A stretch of 64,000 bases of DNA from the NCBI GenBank assembly GCA_951406725.2, contig OX597818.1:93124001-93188000 (forward strand), written 5' to 3'. The DNA is from Octopus vulgaris (Eukaryota). Shown here in pieces: positions 1-12,182 of the stretch. Within the stretch, counting starts at the first letter, position 1; each line of letters starts with the position of its first letter. The notes under the pieces are model-generated. The model was not told the DNA's origin and made no database searches. It saw only the letters and a program-made list of their open reading frames with translations. Position numbers and translations under genes: made by a program.

Positions 1-334
1 ATATGTATATTTATTGGTGTATATGTATAGACTAGCCTCCTAAAGTGTAGACACGAATCTGTAGGTACGAGTACGTATGTGTATATACGTGAACGTATGT
101 AGATGTTTGTATGTATGAATATAACGCGTGCGTACGTGTATGTGTATGAGTGTACGAATGGGTGAATGTACGTGCTAATGAGTGTGCGTGCGGGAATGAG
201 TACTTGCCTTCTAGTAGACAGACAAATGGACATGCTGCCATAGCCAGGATCCTTAGCTCTAGCGATCAAAGATAACAAAAGTAATAAATGAAGATAATAA
301 AATTAAAATTAGGGAATGGGCCTGTATTGGATTG

Positions 335-369
<35 letters not shown>

Positions 370-803
370 ATGTGTATGTGTAGGTATGTATAGGTACACA
401 TGTGTATGTGTATGTGTATGTATATGTGTATATGTATGTATGTGCACACATGTATATATATGTATGCGTGTATATGTATATATATGTACATGTGTGTATG
501 TGGGTGTATGTATATATAGGTGTAAATATGTGTATATAGGGAACTAGGTGTGTTGTGTGTGCATGAGTGTATGTGCGTATGAATATATATTTTTCTGTGT
601 ATATATGTATGTGTGGTCGTGGGTATATATATATATACATGTGTGTATGCGTGCATGCATGGGAGTGAGTGTATGCATATATACGTGTGTGTATGTGTAG
701 ACAGGTATAGGCATGTGCATGTGTATAAATTTGTATATGTGGGCGGGTGTATGTATGTGTGTATGTAGATATGTATGTATGTGTGTATATATGTATATGT
801 ATA

Positions 804-844
<41 letters not shown>

Positions 845-1197
845 ATATATGTGTGTGTAGATACGTATACATGTGTGTATAGGTATAAGTGAGAATCTCC
901 TTATTTACCTATAACTCTATCTTTTTTTATATATATATATTTTTATATATATATTTTTTATATATATTTTTTATTTTTTATTTATTTATATTTTTTAATT
1001 TTTTTATTTTATTTTTTTATTTTATTTTATTTTTTTATTTTTTTATTTATCTATTCTTTCATCTAACTTACCACTGACTCCTTGACCACTCCCCCAAGTA
1101 TGATATTTTGCGCTATGCCTACCCCCAAAAAAGTCCCCCACCACCACTCCTTTAAACCTGCCTAAATGTATAAATGCTAATACAATTCTTGTTAAAT

Positions 1198-1248
1198 AGC
1201 TTCCTGAAGATTTCTCTTGAATGAAACAGTACTAGTCCTGTAGAAGCT
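1198..1248 (+). ncRNA. Type I hammerhead ribozyme motif (copy 1)
   Basis: Stem I AGCTTC/GAAGCT, core CTGAAGA, stem II TTC/GAA closed by U.U, GAAA, stem III ACAG/CTGT. Cleavage triplet GUA, cut after 1242. Confidence 0.7.
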
Positions 1249-1525
1249 CCTTCTATATAATAAATTAATTTTACTCTGCTATGTATTGAGTACCTTACTT
1301 ACTGTGGTTAACCCCGAATCAACCCGGGACCTACATATATATATATATATGTATATATGTGTATATAGGGACTTGTGTGTGCATGTGTGTATGTGGATAT
1401 GTGTGTGTATGTGTGTATGTGTATGTGTGTGTATGTATATATTTTTTTGTGCGTATATGTATGTGTGGTCGTGTGTGTATATATACATGTGTGTGTGTAT
1501 ATATATATGCATATATATGTATATA

Positions 1526-1570
<45 letters not shown>

Positions 1571-1899
1571 GTGTATGTATATATATATGTATATGTATAT
1601 GTGTGTGTGTGTATGTATGTGTGTATGTATATGTGTGTGTGTGTGTGTGTATATATACATATGTGTATATGTATAAGTGAGAATCTCCTTATTTACCTAA
1701 AACTCTATTCTTCTATATATTTTTTTATTCTTTTATTTTTTTATTCTATTATTTATTCTTTTATCTAATTTACCACTGACTCCTTGACCACTCCCCCAAG
1801 TATGATATTTTTGCGCTATGCCTACCCCCAAAAAGTCCCCCACCCTCACCCCTTTAAACCTGCCTAAATGTATAAATGCCAATACAATTCTTGTTAACT

Positions 1900-1950
1900 A
1901 GCTTCCTGATGATTTCTCTTGAATGAAACAGTTCTAGTCCTGTAGAAGCT
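1900..1950 (+). ncRNA. Type I hammerhead ribozyme motif (copy 2)
   Basis: Same fold as copy 1 with core CTGATGA. GUA cut after 1944. Confidence 0.72.
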
Positions 1951-2060
1951 CCTTCTATATAATAAATTAAAATATATATATATATATATATTTATATACA
2001 CACACACACACATACATACACCATATATATATACACACATATACATATATATATATATAT

Positions 2061-2249
2061 CCAATTTCGATTCCTGTATGTTATATATTTTAATAATTAC
2101 TGGTATGTTTATATATTATATATATAAAGCATATGTTATACATGTATATTGCTGTAATTGTCATTTTAGTAAATAAATAGATAAACTGACATAATATAAT
2201 GTCTAAAAGCTGATGAATACCACCTATTGATCCCCCCATTTTCTTATTG

Positions 2250-2250
<1 letters not shown>
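2061..2250. repeat. Fragment of the repeat family also present at 54091-54355
   Basis: Shares TAATAATTACTGGTAT...TGATGAA(TA)CCACCTATTGA...CCATTTTCTTATTGCT with 54170-54350. Confidence 0.6.
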
Positions 2251-2297
<47 letters not shown>

Positions 2298-2811
2298 CTA
2301 GCAGTATCGCCCGGCGTTGCTCGGGTTTGTAAGGGAAATAACTATATAAGCATTTTTAGAGAGTTACTTCCCTTATAGATGCCAATTCGGGCTTTCTTAG
2401 CCATTTCTGTTTTGGTGTCTTCAAGCCATGAAGTCGTTGTTCTAAAAGAACGCTGGTCTCCTTGACAACGCTTTACGACGTTGATTTCCTTACACTCCCT
2501 TCCCCACAGCTTCACGAGGGAGGGAAAAAGGGGGAAAAGCAACACAGGTGCAGGTGTGACCATGGACGCCAACTCCGCCGCCATCGACACACGAAAAAAT
2601 ACGCATTAAAATGGAATAAAAAATGATGTTAAATTATTTTTAAAATCGTAGACTCATCGTAGACGCGCGCTAATAGCCAGACGGACTCAATATGAATCAC
2701 GACTATAAGATACCGGAATTTGGTTAAACTGCACCGCAAAATGTGGGAGTAGTTAGGAATCTAAATCGAAGGGGACAGACACTCACACAACTACAATTTT
2801 ATATATATAGA
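2298..2811 (-). mobile_element. Non-autonomous Helitron
   Basis: The minus strand starts A|TC(TATATAT) and ends with a GC hairpin CCCGAGCAACGCCGGG followed by CTAG|T. Confidence 0.8.
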
Positions 2812-2848
2812 TATTATATTATATTATATTATATTGTATTGTATTATA

Positions 2849-3252
2849 CTAGCTGGCCCCATCCTGTCAAAAATGACGGCTAATTGTAGTATTTTATATA
2901 TAAAAATAAGGTACAAAATAAAGTACATAATAGTCACATACAAACATTCACGTACTTCCTTGTACACGCATACACATACACACATATACTCACACAAAAT
3001 TGAAACTGATTTTTTTTCAGCGTTGAATGTTCACCATTACGCACACACACATACACAAACATTCACATATCTTCCTTTTGTACACACACACATACTCAGA
3101 GTTGAAACGCTGCTCGATTTTTTTCACCGTACAATTTCCATCATCCCACTACAAAGTTTGCCATCACCTCTTCCTTCCTTATTCACCTATCACCCCTTCC
3201 TTTCTCATTCATATATTGTGACAGAGAAAAACACAAGAGAATTATTACAGTA
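2849..3252 (-). mobile_element. Second non-autonomous Helitron family, 5' end degraded
   Basis: ACTAG terminus with adjacent hairpin CTGTCAAAAATGACGG. Confidence 0.55.
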
Positions 3253-3564
3253 TCATATCACATTACATCCATATTATTTCAGTTGATAATTAAACTCTAA
3301 CGCTAAGTTTTACGACGCAAGCACGACGAGTTTCCACACAGCTTGCGGGAGCTTCACTCGATCGATTAGAAACATCAGCAAAATAATCTCATTCAAAAGA
3401 TACCAGCTCCATCATTTTAGCAAAGGACACATTGGTACTATGAACATAAAGTAAAGATAGGATGGTCATGGCTGGAATACCTTTGATCATAATTCTGTTC
3501 AGTCAAGGCTAGCACAAATCTAAAAATATCAGCAAAAGAAACGACAGATAAATACATACATAAT

Positions 3565-4170
3565 CCTATTTCTTTACTACCCACAAGGGGCTAAACACAA
3601 AGAGGACAAACAAGGACAGACAAACGGATTAAGTTGATTAGATCGACCCCAGTACGCAGCTGGTACTTAATTTATCGACCCCGAAAGGATGAAAGGCAAA
3701 GTTGACTTCGGCAGAATTTAAACTCAGAACGTAGCGGCAGACGAAATACTTATTTTTTTACTACCCACATGGGGCTAAACACACAGAGGACAAACAAGGA
3801 AAGACAAACGGATTAAGTCGATTATATCGACCCCAGTGCGTAACTGGTACTTATTTAATCGACCCCGAAAGGATGAAAGGCAAAGTCGACCTCGGCGGAA
3901 TTTGAACTCAGAACGTAGCGACAGACGAAATACCGCTAAGCATTTCGGCTGGCGTGCCAGCTCGCCGCCTAATCCTTTCTGCTATAGGTCCAAGGCTTGA
4001 AATTCTGGGGGAGGGGATAGTCGGTTACAATGACCTCAGTGTTTCACTGGTACTTAATTTATTAACCCCGAAAGGATGAAAGGTAAGTCAATCTCGGCGG
4101 AGTTTTGAACTCAGAACGTAAGGACGGACGAAATGCCGCTAAGCATTTTAGTCCGGCGCGCTAACGATTT
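3565..4170 (-). mobile_element. Cluster of tRNA-headed SINE family B copies with internal tandem duplication
   Basis: Repeated CGACCCCGAAAGGATGAAAGGCAAAGTCGACCTCGGCGGAATTTGAACTCAGAACG; the reverse strand has a B-box-like GAGTTCAAATTCC. Confidence 0.85.
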
Positions 4171-4299
4171 TTACCATAACATACAAACACTTAAAACTGA
4201 AACACACACGCATTTACACTACCCTCACCAATATGTATGTATGCATGTATGTATGTATGTATGTATGTATGTATGTATGTACGTGCGTATGTACATGTG

Positions 4300-4341
<42 letters not shown>

Positions 4342-4344
<3 letters not shown>

Positions 4345-4668
4345 CCTCAGGCCAACCAGAGCCATATGAGTGGATTTGGTAGACGGAAACTGAAAGAAGC
4401 CCGTCGTATATGTATATATATGTGTGTGTGCATGTGTGTGTATGTGTTTGTGTGTCGGTACTTGTCCCCCCACCCACCTACCCAACATTGTTTGACAACC
4501 GATGCTGGTGTGTTTACGTCTCCGTAACTTAGCGGTTCGGCAAAAGAAGCGATGGAATAAGTACTAAGCTTACAAAGAATAAGTCCTGGGGTCGATTTGC
4601 TCGACTAAAAGGCGGTGCTCCAGTATGGCCGCAGTCAAATGACTGAAACGAGTAAAAGAGTAAAAGAG
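4342..4668 (+). mobile_element. SINE family A, 5'-truncated
   Basis: Matches the body and (AAAAGAGT)n tail of the full-length copy at 13552-13983. Confidence 0.85.
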
Positions 4669-5039
4669 AGAGAGAGAGAGATATACACACGCATATACGT
4701 AATGAACTTGTTTACAATGCTCAGGTGCAAACTATATATATAATATATACTATGAAAGCGCGCGAAGACGTCGTGAGAGAGAGAAAGAGAAAGAAAATAG
4801 AATGTGTATGTGTGTGTGTATACATGCGAATCTGTGTTTAATTATGTATTTATGTATTTATGATATAGTATATCAGACACACGCACGCATACACTCTTTC
4901 TCGCCTTCTCTTTCTCACACGCCCTCGTACTCGCTCACACACACAACACACAAATACATACTCATACATACACACATACTCATACACGCCCAGATTTTTT
5001 CTTCTACTTCGTTTTCCTTCACCTTTCATTTCCTTTTTT

Positions 5040-5500
5040 TTTTTCAAGATTTTTAAAAACCTTTTTGCTTTGCTCCTCCTCCTCCGCTCTCTCTCTCTCT
5101 CTCTAGCTGATTGACGAAGGAGGAGGAAAGAATGTCGTCGTTCGCATTGATCGATCGTGGTGTCGCGTTTCGTCCTTTAAAATGAAAAAAAAAAATGTTC
5201 CTTCTTCGGTCGATGTGTCGGACCTCGTCATCTTATCGTCATTTGCCCGTGTTCTTCCAAGTGCTGCCAGGTTAGTAACAGAACTGAAGTCGCTGTAATA
5301 GAGAAGAAACGGCATCAGCTGCCTCCTTCCTGTTCTTCCAGTTCTCGTTTCGTTATTTCGCTCGGTGTCTGATGTCGCTGAGGTTCAAAACAGGAATGAA
5401 AGAGACTTACTTGTTTATTGCCACAATAGTAGTAGTAGTAGTAACAGTAGTAACAGTAGCAGCAGAGGGCGGGGGTGAATGCGTACGCACGAAAGAAAGG
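5040..5500 (-). promoter_or_regulatory. CpG-rich unique island, possibly 5' UTR exons of a minus-strand transcript
   Basis: Non-repetitive CpG-rich sequence. A minus-strand donor AA|GTAAGT at 5410 and acceptor TTCTTCTCTATTACAG| at 5294 define a possible 117-nt intron. Confidence 0.35.
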
Positions 5501-5687
5501 AAAGATATTTATTTATTATACGGTCACTACTAATAATGATAATACGTACAAATTAGACAACCTGTATCATTATTATTATAAGATTGTGTACGTACAAACA
5601 AATACAGCTTACTTTAATAGCCACTCATAAATAAAACAAACACTACAAACACAAATATATGGGCTACTTATATGTATATTTGTACAC

Positions 5688-5757
<70 letters not shown>

Positions 5758-5796
5758 ATGTATGTATGTATGTATGTACGTACGTATCTATGTATG

Positions 5797-5819
<23 letters not shown>

Positions 5820-5847
<28 letters not shown>

Positions 5848-6022
5848 TTGTGTGTCTGTGTTTGTCCCCCTAGCATTGCTTGACAACCGATGCGGTTCGG
5901 AAAAAGAGACCGATAGAATAAGTACTGGGCTTATAAAGAATAAGTCCCGGGGTCGATTTGCTCGACTATAAGGCGGTGCTCCAGCATGGCCGCAGTCAAA
6001 TGACTGAAACAAGTAAAAGAGT
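5820..6022 (+). mobile_element. SINE family A, 3' part
   Basis: TTTGTCCCCCTAGCATTGCTTGACAACCGATG...GACTGAAACAAGTAAAAGAG. Confidence 0.85.
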
Positions 6023-6085
6023 ATACATATATATATATAAAATACACACACACATACATATATATATATATAATATATATGGTAA

Positions 6086-6984
6086 TAACTACAGATTCCT
6101 GACCTCCTCGCCCGACTTTCGAGGATCATAACTTTCAGAAAAATGGATATTTTTTAATGAAATTTTCTACGAATATGTGTTATATCATGTAGATTCCGAA
6201 TATACAAAACTTTTGGGGGAAAGTGTTTTAGGAGGGGGTGGGGTGGGGAATTTCGGAAAATTCACCGGTGTCCACTTCAATTCGCCTTAACTTGCAAGAA
6301 AATAGATATTTTTTAATGAAATTTTCTACTAATATACATCGGTCTATGTAGATTTCGAGAACATAGGAATTTTTTTTTGTGGTGGTGGTGGTGGGGGGGG
6401 GGGGGCAATTAGGGGTTACTTTTGAGGACCGTTCCCCACTCGGGGGTGTTTCGGAACAAGTCGTCCGTATTTGTTTCATTTTCTCCGTTTTGTGCGTTTT
6501 TGCATCCGCAGATTTCTAGTCTACACACACACACATATATATGTAATTAAAAAAGTTCAAATGGGGAATTATTCTATAGACATTTAGCTGGTGTTTTTAG
6601 CATAACGAGTTTTCCGGTGATGAGTTTTCTAGTGACAGCTTCATTGCCTGCTGCTTCAGTTGGAATCTACCGATGCACAAAAGTAACCCCCAATTGCCCC
6701 CCCCCCAAAAAAAAAATTCCTATGTTCTCGGTATCTACATAGTCCGAGATATATTTGTAGAAAATTTCATTAAAAATATCTATTTTCTTGCAAGTTGAGA
6801 CGAATTGAAGTGGACACCGGTGAATTTTCCAAAATCCCCCCTCCTAAAACACCCCTCCCCACGAGTTTTATATATTTGGAATCTACATGATATAACACAT
6901 ATTAGTTGAAAATTTAATTTTAAAATATCCATTTTTCTGAAAGTTGTGATCATCCAAAGTCGGTGGGGCAGGAATCCGTAGTTA
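6086..6984. mobile_element. Fold-back MITE with ~340-bp terminal inverted repeats
   Basis: TAACTACAGATTCCTG...CAGGAATCCGTAGTTA. Arms 6086-6431 and ~6670-6984 are reverse complements, each with an internal subrepeat. Confidence 0.85.
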
Positions 6985-6992
6985 TATATATC

Positions 6993-7394
6993 TCTTTTAC
7001 TCTTTTACTCTTTTATTTGTTTCAGTCATTTGACTGTGGCCATGCTGGAGCACCGCCTTTAGTCGAGCAAATCGACCCCGGGACTTATTCTTTGTAAGCC
7101 CAGTACTTATTCTATCGGTCTCTTTTGCCGAACCGCTAAGTGACGGGGACGTAAACACACTAGCATCGGTTGTCAAGCAATACTAGGGGGACAAACACAG
7201 ACACACAAACACACACACATATACATATATACGACAGGCTTCTTTCAGTTTCCGACTACCAAATCCACTCACAAGGCATTGGTCGGCTCGAGGCTATAGC
7301 AGAAGACACTTGCCCAAGATGCCACGCAGTGGGACTGAACCCGGAGCCATGTGGTTGGTTAGCAAGCTACTTACCACACAGCCACTCCTGCGCC
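6993..7394 (-). mobile_element. SINE family A, full length
   Basis: Reverse complement of the 13552-13983 copy, including tRNA-like head GGCGCAGGAGTGGCTGTGTGG...GGTTCAGTCCC. Confidence 0.9.
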
Positions 7395-7462
7395 TATATA
7401 TGTTTTTCCTCCTTTTTCTCTCTTTTTTTTTTTCTCCTTCTTTCTGTGTTTTTCTCTGTGTA

Positions 7463-7500
7463 TCTTTCTGTTGAAGAGCGTAGGCTCGAAACGTTAAAGA
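7463..7500 (+). ncRNA. Minimal hammerhead-like motif, A6U variant
   Basis: TCTTT-CTGTTGA-A-GAGC GTAG GCTC-GAAA-CGT-T-AAAGA. Confidence 0.5.
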
Positions 7501-7565
7501 CTTGTTTTATTTATATTTCCTATATATACAATTGTTCGTTTGTTTTCCACCTGCCTTCGTCTTTT

Positions 7566-7867
<302 letters not shown>

Positions 7868-8025
7868 CATATTTATATACACACATACATATTCACATAC
7901 ATACGGAGAGAGAGTGTGTGTGTGTGTGAGTGAGGGTCAACAGATGAGACCCAGAGATGCTCAATATAGAAACACTTAGTAACACTCAAATGTTTTGAAC
8001 TTGCACTCTGAAATCTTTACTGAGG

Positions 8026-8061
<36 letters not shown>

Positions 8062-8135
8062 GTTAGTTGTTTCACACAATAGACTGCAACCATGCTGGAG
8101 CACCGCCTTGATGAATTTTAGTTGGACGAATAGAC

Positions 8136-8186
<51 letters not shown>

Positions 8187-8404
8187 TTAAGAAACTCGCT
8201 TTGCAACCCCGTTGTTTTTTTTCGAGTTCCGTTCCAATGCAGATACCATGAGCAAGCATCTTGTGAGTAAATTTAGTAGAAGGAAACTATTTATATGCAT
8301 GTATGTGTGTGTTGTGTTTAACACCCTACCGTGTGACAACCTGCGTTGGTTAGTTTACGTCCTCGTTACATAGCGGTTTAGGCCAAAAAGCCCGGTAAAA
8401 TAAG

Positions 8405-8615
8405 TATCTGTTTCTTTATTACCCACAAGGGGCTGAACATAGAGGGGACAAACAAGGACAGACTAACGGACTGAGTCGATTACATCGACCCCAGTGCGTA
8501 ACTGGTACTTAATTTATCGACCCCGAAAGGATGAAAGGCAAAGTCGACCTCGGCGGGATTTGAACTCAGAACGTAACGGCAGACGAAATTCGGCTACGCA
8601 TTTCGCCCGGCGTGC
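8405..8615 (-). mobile_element. SINE family B inserted in a degenerate family A copy
   Basis: Family B motif flanked by family A sequence (8185-8405 and 8620-8690). Confidence 0.75.
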
Positions 8616-8706
8616 AGACTTTAAATATAAGCACTGGGGTCAGTTTCTTTAACTAAAAAACTTTTCTAGACGCTGCTCCAGCATGACCTCAATCCAAGCT
8701 CTGTGT

Positions 8707-8772
<66 letters not shown>

Positions 8773-9009
8773 TTATCGTTTTCTTTTATTTTTTTACTTG
8801 CAGATATGACTTGAAGAATTTTTAGTCGAATGGATCGACCCCAGTACATATTTTTTGTTATGGATATCTTTTGCCGAACTGCTAAGTTACGGGGACGTGA
8901 ACACACCAACGCCAGTTGTCAAGCGGCGTTGGAGACAAATACACACACACACACACACATATACGACGGGTTTCTTTCAGGTTCCGTCTCCCAAATCCAT
9001 TTACAACGC

Positions 9010-9050
<41 letters not shown>

Positions 9051-9084
9051 TATATACATACACACATATATATATATATACATA

Positions 9085-9395
9085 TATATATAATACAAAA
9101 TGGGTCAAGAAAGCAAAACATCTAGATAGACGATACAAAGAAAACAAGGACGGGTCATTCGGAGTTTTCTTTCCTCAGCCGAGTTCCAGATTATCTTTGC
9201 AATTTCAGCTAGTTATACTCGAGATTGCTCCAATCTGGCCAGCCCCAAGGAAAAACTAAGCTAAGAGCATTAGATTCCTTGGAAGAAAGCAGCGAATGTA
9301 TAAGAAAACAACAGGTGTCTTTCGACTAAGGGCGAATTAAATTAAGCTGGCGTGTGTGGAATAAAGCCTTACGGTAGGGATACAAGATTTCACAG
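9085..9395. repeat. Unclassified interspersed repeat fragment
   Basis: Non-microsatellite block bounded by (TA)/(TG) tracts; no exon signals and no HHR found. Confidence 0.35.
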
Positions 9396-9784
9396 GCGTG
9401 TATGGTTGTGTGCGTGTGTGTATGTATGTGTGTGTGTGTGTGTGTGCGTGCGTGTGACTGCGCACTATAAAAGATATCTTCCAGTATTCTCTACTGTATC
9501 CCTTACGCCCGTGTAAGACACCACATCCCGATTAAATTTTTTTCTGTCGCTTTCACACAGAAAGAGGGGCAACGCCCCAAACTATTTCTTTTCCAAGGTC
9601 TCCGGGACTTGTGGAAGAAATTCGTCCTGAGACCGAATAGCTGAGCCAATGCGTCAAACATAATAAACTTCAGTAAAGTCACCTAACTCTATCCAAGGAG
9701 TGTTATTAAACCGAGTGACAGATAATTTCTGCAATCCACTGTCTGTCTGTCTGCCTGCCTGTCTGTCTTCCTTCGTCGCACTTT

Positions 9785-10052
9785 TCAAGCCTAACCAGGC
9801 TCATGGGCCCGGTTTCCCGGTTCCTGTGGCGTATGTGTCCACCCGCCCAGCCGGACGGGATGCCAGTCCATCGCAGCGTTACTCAAGAAACAGGAAGAGA
9901 GCGCGAGAGAAAGTTGTGGCAAAAGAGTACAACAGGGGTCGCCCCCCCCCCCCTTTAGGTGTTTTCGCTCAATAAACACATACAACGACCGGTCTGGGAA
10001 TCGAAACCGCGATACTCCGACCGCGAGTCCGCTGCCCTAACCACTGGGCCAT
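9785..10052 (-). mobile_element. tRNA-headed SINE, family C-related
   Basis: The reverse strand has GGCCCAGTGGTTAGGG...GGTTTCGATTCCC (A/B boxes) and the core CTGCGATGGACTGGCATCCCGTCC. Confidence 0.8.
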
Positions 10053-11306
10053 TGCACAAAACCTAGAAACAGTAGGAAAACTAACGCAGAAGGGGAGGGA
10101 GGGTTGATGGATTATCATTTCCACTGAATGAAGGTCACTTTTGGCCGCCATAACGAGATAAACATAATCATTAAACGAGCTCCAGCTAAGGTAAATATCC
10201 CCTCAATTTCGGAGCGGGATTAACTAGGGCTAACTAGAAGAGCAGTAACGTAATGCAGCATGTGCAGGGTGTGAAGACCACAAAGGGAAGCCGCTTTACG
10301 TGTGTGTATTTGCTGTAATTGAAATTAAGGTACATTTAAAGAAAGAAGTGGCTAATTTGGCTACCTCACAAGACGGCCAAAACTCATACTACATCACTGA
10401 AGAAGAGACTCGATAGACTCAGTCTTTTTACCTTTGGGCTAGAGGCAGTTTTCTCATGTAGGGTGCTGAGGTTAGCGACTCTTTTGTTCCATCACATGTC
10501 CTTAATACTGCGACGGAGCTGAAGGCTACTGCATCCATAAATGAGCGAAATAAGACACTGAAATACAAATACTGTCAGTAAACTAAATGTTTTATTCCAA
10601 GTATGGGCAAACTTTTTCAAGAAGCAGGTTGCATGCGTCATGGCGGACTGCATCACTAAAGAAAAATTCAAGGTAAATTTTTCGTTAGGCGTTCCATTCA
10701 GAAAATCCTGCTGGTCGCAGGTTTCCCACAACTGTTCTAATATGTGCTTTTTTTAAGATGTCCAAGGGAGCTGGATTGCTGACAACGGCGTTTTTGACTT
10801 CGTTAGCGACCCGCCTCAGTAGCAGATGATTCTCAGAAGGGTGCTTAACTGTTCCAGTGCTTCGCCTCGTAAATCGCCAAGAGTAATACCGAGAATGTTT
10901 TGTGTTGTCTCACAAATGTTCAGAGAGAATGTATAAATGAAGGGTTGTTCATGCACCTTTAGCTTCTTTTTATTTTTGTTTATTTCTTGTATTCTTTAAT
11001 CTTTTATTTGTTTCAGTCATTGGACTGGAGGCATCCTGGAGCACCGCCTTGAAAGGTCTAGTCGAATAAATCGACCCCGTACATATTCTTTTTTTCAATC
11101 TGGTACTTATTCAATCGCATCTGTTTTGCAAAATCGCTAAGTTACGGGGATGTAAACAAACCAACTGTGGTTATCAAGCTGTGAGATGATACAGATACAA
11201 GGACTAAATTATTCCCTGAAACTCCTAAAATGAAGTAGGAGACTTTTTTTTAAAATTTCTTTGTTTTTTTTTTTTTTAACTGTATAACTTTACTAAAAGT
11301 ATAATT

Positions 11307-11743
11307 CAGGGGTGGGCAAATCCCCCGCCCGCGAATTCATCTTATTGTGCGCGCAGGCTGATATACTTGTATGTATAAAACATAGTAAATTTTCCAATTA
11401 TAAAATTTATACAATACCCGTATGCCTATTGCGACATAGCTCGCGTTTCTACTACGAGTGAAAGCGGTCAGACTTGAACAGAAATCGTCCGGTAATTGCC
11501 ATTTGAATGGAAATTTTGTTTTCACTATAAAACACATATTGCTAGGTTTGTACCATCCCCTTGAGACCAAACTAGCTGAGAAAACTAAAAATATATTGCA
11601 TGTATCCAAATAATTTTTATATGAAACGAAAGCTGGAGGATTGTAGAAGATACTGAGTAAAAATTATTCATATCCATCTCCGCCCGCGGACCTTTTACTT
11701 TGGAAATTTTTTCCCGCCGCACTAAATACTATCCCCACCCCTG
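11307..11743. mobile_element. hAT-type MITE
   Basis: TIRs CAGGGGTGGG.../...CCCACCCCTG; 8-bp TSD GTATAATT/GTGTAATT. Confidence 0.8.
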
Positions 11744-12182
11744 GTGTAATTCAGGAAGTAATTCAAAAGTAACTGAAAACTTCTGTTTTTAAATGTTTTA
11801 TTTTATTTTATTATGTTTTATTATTTTGTTATTTATTTTATGATGGGATAGATGGTCGGTGGCTAGCGTGGTGAAACTATCTAATAACGACTCCGTTCAG
11901 AAGGCTGGAATAATACATATGATATGCCAGTTGGAAAAGAGAGACACAACTGAGTAAAATGTTTGAGAGAGATTTGTTGATGTTAAAATATGCGCCTGTG
12001 TGCGTCATGTATACGGAATAATAGACAGGCCGTTATGACCACAAAGTGTATGTGTGTATAGGAATGGGTGTTTGCGTGTGCGTTAAGTACATATAAGAAT
12101 AACAATGATGGAGAAAGTGAAAGAGTCTATAATGAGAAATTAGACGAATGTTCATAGACACAAGAATGAGAGATACCAGTTT

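Larger units (their letters stand above)
505..1970 (+). repeat. Tandem pair of ~700-800 bp pLTR/retrozyme-like units, each with TATA-like motif, hammerhead and AATAAA
   Basis: 881-1268 is repeated at 1671-1970 (ATCTAAyTTACCACTGACTCC...GAAGCTCCTTCTATATAATAAATTAA), and 541-640 resembles 1366-1500. Confidence 0.8.
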
